Positions 1-7,357 of a DNA stretch of 9,510 nucleotides are shown in pieces. How positions within the stretch are numbered: the stretch's first letter is position 1; the number at the start of each line of letters is the position of its first letter. Location: assembly GCA_965644295.1 (NCBI GenBank), contig CBFFRP010000587.1:1-9510 (forward strand), read 5' to 3'. A program made the position numbers and the translations under genes. Origin of the DNA: Paraphysomonas bandaiensis. Lineage: Eukaryota > Protista > Chrysophyceae. Below the pieces are notes generated by a model. That model saw nothing but the letters and a program-made list of their open reading frames with translations. It did not search any database and was not told the origin of the DNA.

Positions 1-168
1 CATTAGAGATTGATGAGTGTTGTAGACATTCTCAAGTGTTCCGTAGTTGTTCGGGGGTGAGATAACTGTACCTTCTAACTCCTGTATGTTTGATGACTGT
101 GCAAGTTGAATGAGCGTATGAGCTGCCTCCAGATCACATTTTGGGATGGCTAAATTATGATTAGACAT
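1..168 (-). pseudogene. Second truncated copy of the 5' end of the acidic-protein gene; runs off the window start
   Basis: Lies in tandem copy 1. ATG at 168-166, 580 bp from the ATG at 748. Confidence 0.8.
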
Positions 169-490
169 TGTGGATATGAATTAGAATGAAGTTGATCTTA
201 ATTGCAAGGCAGTTAGTTACGAGGATACGGAGATGCTTTCTATGAAGGTGTCCAACAAAAAAAGTATAATCTGTCCACGATTTTTTATCAAAATGATCCG
301 CTCTCAAAAAATGAAGGAATAACCCCACAAGATTTTATCAAAAAAGTATAATATAAAATGAAGTTCAACGAACACCAAAAATGATGAAAGTTTTTTTGGA
401 TTGGCTTTGATCTGAACCAAAAATTGAAATGTTTTTCTGAAAAACCAAAAATGCAAACAGATGATCCGCTCTCAAAAAATGAACCAGACT

Positions 491-748
491 TCACGATTTT
501 GTGATCAAAAAAGTATGATTCGAGTTATATTGAAGTTCAACCAAAGAACATGATGACAGTGTTTTTGGGATTTGATTGACCATTAGAGATTGATGAGTGT
601 TGTAGACATTCTCAAGTGTTCCGTAGTTGTTCGGGGGTGAGATAACTGTACCTTCTAACTCCTGTATGTTTGATGACTGTGCAAGTTGAATGAGCGTATG
701 AGCTGCCTCCAGATCACATTTTGGGATGGCTAAATTATGATTAGACAT
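491..748 (-). pseudogene. Truncated inverted copy of the 5' end (55 codons) of the 3669 acidic-protein gene, fused to non-coding repeat sequence
   Basis: Identical to the 3669+ protein through ...YNTHQSL, then diverges exactly at the 583/584 junction. Confidence 0.85.
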
Positions 749-1527
749 TGTGGATATGAATTAGAATGAAGTTGATCTTAATTGCAAGGCAGTTAGTTAC
801 GAGGATACGGAGATGCTTTCTATGAAGGTGTCCAACAAAAAAAGTATAATCTGTCCACGATTTTTTATCAAAATGATCCGCTCTCAAAAAATGAAGGAAT
901 AAAACCCCACAAGATTTTATCAAAAAAGTATAATATAAAATGAAGTTCAACGAACACCAAAAATGATGAAAGTTTTTTTGGATTGGCTTTGATCTGAACC
1001 AAAAATTGAAATGTTTTTCTGAAAAACCAAAAATGCAAACAGATGATCCGCTCTCAAAAAATGAACCAGACTTCACGATTTTGTGATCAAAAAAGTATGA
1101 TTCGAGTTATATTGAAGTTCAACCAAAGAACATGATGACAGTGTTTTTGGGATTTGATTGCTACAGGCCACTCATTATAGTGAGACAAAAGACAAAACGA
1201 CAGAAGACCAAAAAAATGTCTTCGGAGCATGAAAAGCTGAAGTTATAGGAGGACAAAAGACAGAAATCCGTCGAAAGACAAGAAAGACATAAATATGAGC
1301 ATCTACATGTACATCGTATATGAAATTAACACAACTCATCATGACATACACCAATACAATCAGAGACATGCACACTACCTTTGAAATGATTTCATATACA
1401 GTGTAGTCAGTCCTATCAGTTTAAGGGGTCCATTTGATTTGTTGAGAGCGGATCATTTCTTTTGCATTTTAGGTTTTCAAAAAAACATTTAGACCACTAA
1501 TTATAGTGTACAAAAGACAAAACGACA
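584..1527. repeat. Left arm of ~940-bp inverted repeat
   Basis: Reverse complement of 2894-3833. Mirrored ORFs in the track confirm it (MSNHNL at 748- and 3669+; MCMSLIV at 1375- and 3046+). I found five substitutions (614, 952, 961, 1083, 1085) and three short A-run indels totalling 4 nt. Confidence 0.97.
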
Positions 1528-1559
1528 AAAGACTTAAACTTACATATACACGTACATAC

Positions 1560-1970
1560 ATACACACATTAATGAACTCTTTGGAATCAACTCTGAAACT
1601 ATTTGGGAAGAAATAAACAACACTGGAAATAAATAAGGAAGTAAGTCATTAGTTCTCTCCAGATTTTGTTACCCTTTAGAATAAGGTATATATATCTTAT
1701 AATGTTATTCAATAGTAATGTTTGTTGATGCAGGACGAAACAATACCGTCAGGCTTGCAGATGAGAGAGTTGCACGTCAAGACGGTGGAGCTCTCTTGGA
1801 ATCGTAAAGAAGCTGAAAGGATGAAGAAGAGCGCTGGCACAACTCTCGAAGGCAAGACACAATGACACTGACAGCAACTCCAACCAATGGTAATTATCTT
1901 GGTCCGCTTGATTTGCTGTTATCCAAGCAAGTTCTATTCGATTAGGACATATGTTTATAACTATTGACTA
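1560..1970 (+). pseudogene. Possible decayed spliced gene fragment in the IR spacer, product unknown
   Basis: Intron-like segments at 1641-1679 (GTAAGT...TTTAG), 1686-1733 (GTATAT...TGCAG) and 1890-1945 (GTAATT...ATTAG) flank a GC-richer, purine-rich exon-like block (1734-1889). One frame reads RNNTVRLADERVARQDGGALLES*RS*KDEEERWHNSRRQD, with internal stops. Confidence 0.35.
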
Positions 1971-2216
1971 ATAATTATCACACAATCTAACTGCAAGGTG
2001 CATTTAATCACAGATATATTGAATGGGATCTAACTACACAAACAGCTGAATTGTAGTGTGTGTTGTACATATAACATATTGGCAACATATTGTAATAAAC
2101 TAAATATACACATTCAACTTCAATATTGGGCTAACAGAAACTCACTTCTATCTTTATTATCAATTATGATATTGACAGTCATATGTATGTGATTTCATTA
2201 TATTACACAATTATAG

Positions 2217-2520
2217 AGAAACAACAATGATGAGTCAACTATCAAAATGAGATCATCAAACACTCCAAGTCATCGTCTGATGTGGAAGATCATAATGATG
2301 TCAGTGCATGCGATCTATCTTCATAACCTGGACTTCGAATAAGTTCAAGAATATTACAGGAAAGTTTAAGTACCATATCTGATGCTATAAAGGCAGCTAA
2401 GGGCAGTAGCACCCAGCTCTTTCAGGGTGTCCGTTACGTCGTGCTTATCAGGACTGTGTGCCTCATCTCATACACACATCATTCAAATCAGGTGCACTCG
2501 CAGAGGTTGAACGTGTTTAT
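2217..2520 (+). pseudogene. Possible decayed coding fragment convergent with the transposase remnant
   Basis: One frame reads SSSDVEDHNDVSACDLSS*PGLRISSRILQESLSTISDAIKAAKGSSTQLFQG, followed by an intron-like stretch ending ...AAATCAG (2491). No family recognised. Confidence 0.25.
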
Positions 2521-2538
2521 ATAAATGTGATGATGATG

Positions 2539-2782
2539 CTAATCAAGGCAATAAAAGCATCGTGCTTGAAACATATGATGCGGAATTCGAAAACGCGTTC
2601 TGAATTTCTTGCCTGATGCAGTGTGACAAGGTATATAATACAATACCAAAAGTCATACCTTCACGAGTTGTGGGGTCTCTAATCCTTGCATTCCTCAGCA
2701 GGAGTCCCCATGGCGTGTTGTCGTAGTCAATCCGTTCGTAGACATTTCTTCTTGCAAAGATACGATCCTCACTGGACGCTTC
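2539..2782 (-). pseudogene. Truncated N-terminal fragment of a PIF/Harbinger-type (Plant_tran / DDE_Tnp_4-related) transposase; exons 2782-2659 and 2612-2539
   Basis: Removing a 46-nt intron (2658-2613, GTATGA...CATCAG) gives EASSEDRIFARRNVYERIDYDNTPWGLLLRNARIRDPTTREGKKFRTRFRIPHHMFQARCFYCLD*. The F-x-x-R-F-R-[IMV]-x-x-x-x-F signature is typical of the Harbinger transposase N-terminus. No start codon or DDE core is present. Confidence 0.75.
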
Positions 2783-2893
2783 CTAAAAAAATCACTGTGT
2801 TGTCTTTTCTCTTTCTGTGCGCACTATAACTACGGCTTCGTTTGCACCAGACAAAAAAAATTTTGCTGAAAAAAAATGTCTTTGTCGTGTTTA

Positions 2894-3833
2894 TGTCGTT
2901 TTGTCTTTTGTACACTATAATTAGTGGTCTAAATGTTTTTTTGAAAACCTAAAATGCAAAAGAAATGATCCGCTCTCAACAAATCAAATGGACCCCTTAA
3001 ACTGATAGGACTGACTACACTGTATATGAAATCATTTCAAAGGTAGTGTGCATGTCTCTGATTGTATTGGTGTATGTCATGATGAGTTGTGTTAATTTCA
3101 TATACGATGTACATGTAGATGCTCATATTTATGTCTTTCTTGTCTTTCGACGGATTTCTGTCTTTTGTCCTCCTATAACTTCAGCTTTTCATGCTCCGAA
3201 GACATTTTTTTGGTCTTCTGTCGTTTTGTCTTTGTCTCACTATAATGAGTGGCCTGTAGCAATCAAATCCCAAAAACACTGTCATCATGTTCTTTGGTTG
3301 AACTTCAATATAACTCGAATCATACTTTTTTGATGATAAAATCGTGAAGTCTGGTTCATTTTTTGAGAGCGGATCATCTGTTTGCATTTTTGGTTTTCAG
3401 AAAAACATTTCAATTTTTGGTTCAGATCAAAGCCAATCCAAAAAAACTTTCATCATTGTTGGTGTTTGTTGAACTTCATTTTATATTATACTTTTTTGAT
3501 AAAATCTTGTGGGGTTATTCCTTCATTTTTTGAGAGCGGATCATTTTGATAAAAAATCGTGGACAGATTATACTTTTTTTGTTGGACACCTTCATAGAAA
3601 GCATCTCCGTATCCTCGTAACTAACTGCCTTGCAATTAAGATCAACTTCATTCTAATTCATATCCACAATGTCTAATCATAATTTAGCCATCCCAAAATG
3701 TGATCTGGAGGCAGCTCATACGCTCATTCAACTTGCACAGTCATCAAACATACAGGAGTTAGAAGGTACAGTTATCTCACCCCCGAACAACTACGGAACA
3801 CTGGAGAATGTCTACAACACTCATCAATCTCTA
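2894..3833. repeat. Right arm of ~940-bp inverted repeat
   Basis: Runs from TGTCGTTTTGTCTTTTGTACACTATAA (2894) to ...CATCAATCTCTA (3833); reverse complement of 584-1527. Confidence 0.97.
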
Positions 3834-4980
3834 CCCCTTCAAGATCAAAATGATATATTCATACAAAACAACTATGCTGATGTTACGATCGGCACTGACT
3901 TCCCAATTGATGAGGATATTCGAAGTCATGTGGATGAGTTGTGTGCCATGTCACTTGATGAGCTAGATGCTATAGAACAATTGATATGGGATGATAGCAG
4001 AGATTATGATAACACGATTGGTAGGAAGCGACGTCTATCAGAAGTAGAAGATAATGACTGCAACATATCGTCATCTAGTGATGCAGACTATAGTAATATA
4101 TCTGTGGACGATAATTGTCCCAGGATGAGTGAAAGGAAAGTCAGTACCGATGCAGATATCGGATATGATTCTGATGAGCTGACACATCAAAAAATTGAGC
4201 TTATATGGGAGAATGAAAGAAGTGATAATAACTGTAGTTCATTTGAACTACAAGATAATGATTCCAACCATCAAAGCGCTCATGTTTCCAATTATGGCAG
4301 AGACAACACTCATCAATCTCTACCCCTTCAAGATCAAAATGATATATTCATACAAAACAACTATGCTGATGTTACGATCGGCACTGACTTCCCAATTGAT
4401 GAGGATATTCGAAGTCATGTGGATGAGTTGTGTGCCATGTCACTTGATGAGCTAGATGCTATAGAACAATTGATATGGGATGATAGCAGAGATTATGATA
4501 ACACGATTGGTAGGAAGCGACGTCTATCTGAAGTAGAAGATAATGACTGCAACATATCGTCATCTAGTGATGCAGACTATAGTAATATATCTGTGGACGA
4601 TAATTGTTTCAGGATGAGTGAAAGGGAAGTCAGTACCGATGCAGATATCGGATATGATTCTGATGAGCTGACACATCAAAAAATTGAGCTTATATGGGAG
4701 AATGAAAGAAGTGATAATAACTGTAGTTCATTTGAACTACAAGATAATGATTCCAACCATCAAAGCGCTCATGTTTCCAATTATGGCAGAGACGAGTCTC
4801 CGGATAGCGAGTATATATATCCTGAAAACTGGCATACGGGAGATGGTAATTATTAATTGAGTAGAGGCAACTCTTGTCATCAAACGTAGCCACGGAGGCT
4901 ATGTATTACACAAGGATGGTAACCATGCATTTCCTTGACCACTGAATACCTAACAACACTAAACACAGAATTACGAATGA
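3669..4980 (+). CDS. Acidic, low-complexity orphan protein (~405 aa if spliced; 395-aa ORF 3669-4856 if unspliced), probably nuclear
   Basis: 1188-bp open frame rich in D/E/S/N, with two GRKRRLS NLS-like motifs. Probable short terminal introns at 4846-4889 (GTAATT...CGTAG) and 4919-4968 (GTAACC...CTAAC...CACAG) give the in-frame C-terminus ...WHTGDATEAMYYTRMNYE* ending at 4980. Confidence 0.7.
3814..4793 (+). repeat. In-frame intragenic tandem duplication, 489 bp (163 aa) x2
   Basis: ACAACACTCATCAATCTCTACCCC starts at 3814 and 4303; ends ...TATGGCAGAGAC at 4304 and 4793, with 2-bp AC microhomology. Four substitutions seen (one silent Ser, CCC>TTC P>F, AAA>GAA K>E). Confidence 0.97.
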
Positions 4981-5597
4981 TCACAGTATTATCATTGAGT
5001 TATATATGATGCTAATTCACTTCTTTATTGGGCTGAAATAAGATTATCTAATTTTTTTCATGTTGTGTAATATATAATTTCATATGCACTACTAACTCTT
5101 AACTAGTGCTCAACGTGAGTATTACTTATTACCCTACACATTCGTGATAGCTTTGTCGCCGAAATTGTGAAGAAAGTGTGAAGATGTGTATGATTTTATA
5201 GAATATGTGAAGGATCTGGAAACTGCAGATGAAATACAAAGTTAGAGGCATAAGACCTTGCTCTCATCGTTACGTTTTTAAGTGCTCAACGGAAGTTATG
5301 AGCAAGCAATATTGTTTTTATTATTTTAGTTAGTAGTTACGATCGTAGTAGAGTCTAATTATAAATCAAGTGGTTATGACTTCGTAATACTAAAGTGGAA
5401 ATAAGTATTGCGTCTACTGTCACTTAGGCAGTTTATTCGACACGTATTAAAAGTGTTCAGAATTTGGAACCTTATATCTGTATGTGGGTTTAATAAGCCA
5501 GTATGTAAGGACAGGGCCACTTAATATGCCGACATTTGTCTGTGTGTCTAAATGTCGCCCCCGAGAAGTACAAAATTACCAGATTTAAATATGTCCT

Positions 5598-7088
5598 TCA
5601 CATCCGACAGATGTGGGTTACTCTCTTGCAGTCGTCTTCATACGCAATATGTTCATGTATTTTTGATCGATATTCACGCGGACCAATTTGCATTGTAGGG
5701 AAAAAAGGGATAGTGTGACTGCTCGACCCTTTCCCTGGAACCATCAAAAGTAGGTCACTCAGCTCCGGTTTAGGGAGATCGAATGGCCGTAGCAACGTAT
5801 CGCCAATCTGGGCGGTGAATATTTGAGGCGGCACATGGCAATGCTTAGAGCCTGCTTCGAATGCCTCGCTCTCTGTCGCATAAAATTGTGATGGAACTGC
5901 ACCGTCAGTCATCGCAATCCATTGTCCATTGTATTTCTGGTCAGTAATATCAATGTCACCGTTGAGCAAATAAGTGGAATACAGAGCTTTCAACCGCTTC
6001 ATGTGCAGCTTTGCAAACTTCGTTAGATCAGATGCTGCAATATCAGTTCGGTCATAGGCCGCGTCCCACTCGTCCTCGGTAATTGGTTCATCCAGTGGTT
6101 TATCGAAAAAGGAAGACTTCAGACGACGATATTCTTCTGTCAACTGTTGAAGTGGTGGAGTCATGACAATAGTTTTGGGAGACCCAATTACGACTTCAAG
6201 TTGTGTGAAACACTTCATCACTTCTTCTTTTACCCATGTATTAATATCCTTTCCGAAAGAGAAGAGAAGGTAAGAGTAGCCTGTCGTAACAGAAATGTCC
6301 CCATCTTCTGATACAGCGGCACTCTCCACCACTTCAGCCACTCGCTGCTGCAGAATAGGTAACCAATACTCAAATTCGATTTCTGATGAAGTATCGCGCC
6401 CAAAAATGTCGATGATACGAATCGGATTGGAATCAGGTGAGAGGCAAAGCAAGAATATCCGTGAATCACAACTACGGTTTGTTAGCGTTGAGTGAAGATG
6501 CCGAATGCACTTTTGGATTGCCGAACAGGTTCGAAGCCCCGTTGCGTAATGAAACTGTCTGGCGGGGAATGCAGTAATACACATTTCTGTCTGAAATCGC
6601 CGCAAAACTTGTGCAGTGCATTTTTCAATGTATGGTTCTTCAGACACACACTTCACACAAACCAAATGCGTTGCAAGAGGTCCTCTATTAATTTCATGTA
6701 CAATGACAGCATGAAAAAAATTTCCAACCAAGCTGTTTGTACATAATAAATCAACAAGTTCATTCCCCACTACATAAGGAACATTTTCCATAAAGGTAAC
6801 AACACATCCGTTATTCACACTTAATATAAGTGTTGTATTAGCAAGAATACACTCATTTAACATTGAAATTAATAAACGGATATCTTCAATCATGTCGTCA
6901 TCTTGTTCACTCATTTCTTTAATGTTTTTATTATACCGGACAGCGTTAATGAATACATTCATACATGAGTCTGTTCCCCATTTAACTAAAACAGGAATGA
7001 TATGACTGATACTCACATTAAAAGATTCATTCTTAATCTGAATATCATTTTCAATATTATCACTATATAAGATTAACTTCATATTCAT
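5598..7088 (-). CDS. Hypothetical protein, 496 aa, apparently intronless; C-terminal segment resembles DUF5678
   Basis: A 1491-bp uninterrupted ATG-to-stop ORF in AT-rich DNA. KYNGQWIAMTDGAV...EAFEAGSKH...IFTAQIG matches by eye the KY-x-G-x-W-[IV]-A-x-x-DG-x-V pattern of DUF5678-like domains. Confidence 0.75.
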   Translation of the reverse strand: MNMKLILYSDNIENDIQIKNESFNVSISHIIPVLVKWGTDSCMNVFINAVRYNKNIKEMSEQDDDMIEDIRLLISMLNECILANTTLILSVNNGCVVTFMENVPYVVGNELVDLLCTNSLVGNFFHAVIVHEINRGPLATHLVCVKCVSEEPYIEKCTAQVLRRFQTEMCITAFPARQFHYATGLRTCSAIQKCIRHLHSTLTNRSCDSRIFLLCLSPDSNPIRIIDIFGRDTSSEIEFEYWLPILQQRVAEVVESAAVSEDGDISVTTGYSYLLFSFGKDINTWVKEEVMKCFTQLEVVIGSPKTIVMTPPLQQLTEEYRRLKSSFFDKPLDEPITEDEWDAAYDRTDIAASDLTKFAKLHMKRLKALYSTYLLNGDIDITDQKYNGQWIAMTDGAVPSQFYATESEAFEAGSKHCHVPPQIFTAQIGDTLLRPFDLPKPELSDLLLMVPGKGSSSHTIPFFPTMQIGPREYRSKIHEHIAYEDDCKRVTHICRM

Positions 7089-7299
7089 GATATTAAGAGC
7101 TAAGTGCTAGCTTTACTATACATGTATATGGAGAGTGTAGCTATATGTTCGGCTCGTAGTGGATCTTGCTGGATGTGATGGTCTGCGAGAGCTCTAGAAC
7201 CCGCCTCTGTGTTTTTCTGTTATACTTTTCCACACAATTTCTGACAAAAACAAAAAAAAACAATTTTTTGGTCACCGTAAAACCCACCGATACTGCTAT

Positions 7300-7352
7300 A
7301 TATAAGCATATTTTTATTATTTTTTATAAAAATATAAGCATATTTTTATTAT
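7300..7352. repeat. 21-bp direct repeat ATATAAGCATATTTTTATTAT (7300-7320, 7332-7352) around the palindrome TTTTTATAAAAA (7321-7332)
   Basis: Read directly from the sequence. Confidence 0.85.
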
Positions 7353-7357
7353 GATAT

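Larger units (their letters stand above)
1..1160. repeat. Tandem duplication, 580-bp period (copy 1: 1-580; copy 2: 581-1160); probably continues left of the window
   Basis: CATTAGAGATTGATGAGTGTTGTAGAC starts at both 1 and 581. The only difference I found between copies is a 2-nt A-run (gaataacccc vs gaataaaacccc). Homology ends at ...gatttgattg (578/1160). The junction filler ACCAT is at 579-583, and its last 3 nt (CAT) also open the window. Confidence 0.97.
293..3544. repeat. Dispersed 15-bp motif ATGATCCGCTCTCAA, 8 perfect copies
   Basis: Plus orientation at 293, 461, 873, 1043 and 2965. Minus orientation (TTGAGAGCGGATCAT) at 1442, 3363 and 3530. Confidence 0.92.
584..3833. mobile_element. 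Non-autonomous, foldback-like DNA transposon derivative with a PIF/Harbinger-type transposase remnant; true boundaries uncertain
   Basis: Long modular inverted arms, eight copies of a 15-bp motif in the region, a TIR-like TTAA|GGGGTCCATTTGATTT ... AAATCAAATGGACCCC|TTAA pair (1425/2996) and a transposase fragment in the spacer. No target-site duplication is visible at the outer ends. Confidence 0.6.

Noticed and set aside
293-1057. Spaced 15-bp repeats as a CRISPR array
   Set aside because: Repeats are too short, intervals of ~150 bp or more are themselves related, both orientations occur, there are no cas genes, and the context is eukaryotic.
288-1375. Small ORFs 288-494, 741-1076, 1175-1375 and mirrors 3046-3333, 3181-3387
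   Set aside because: They lie in non-coding repeat arms, have alternative starts and F/K-biased composition from A/T tracts, and their frames differ between copies because of homopolymer indels.
1442-1456. GAGCGGAT resemblance to the lac operator (vector contamination)
   Set aside because: Only 8 bp match, no other vector sequence is present, and the motif is embedded in native subrepeats.
1495-1508. CACTA...TAGTG as EnSpm/CACTA termini
   Set aside because: The two halves are 4 bp apart inside a repeated motif, with no 3-bp TSD and no CACTA-type transposase.
1565-1625. NELFGINSETIWEE resembling the DEL...LIW[DE] motif of the acidic protein
   Set aside because: Similarity is limited to a few residues, followed by an in-frame stop; may be chance.
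584-3833. Whole inverted repeat as a pure sequencing fold-back artefact
   Set aside because: The arms differ by at least five substitutions that are shared by both left-hand copies, and a unique 1.37-kb spacer is present. An artefact is disfavoured but not excluded without reads.
5115-5245. Exon-like stretch (FVAEIVKK / CEDVYDFIEYVKDLETADEIQS*) after a GTGAGT...GATAG segment
   Set aside because: Needs a frameshift, is short and has no recognisable homology; too weak to call.
5103-5304. Two small hairpins sharing AGTGCTCAACG (5105, 5281), one adjacent to CTAG, as a Helitron 3' end
   Set aside because: Stems are only ~6 bp and AT-rich, the hairpin-to-CTAG spacing is atypical, and no 5' TC end or Rep/Hel sequence is seen.
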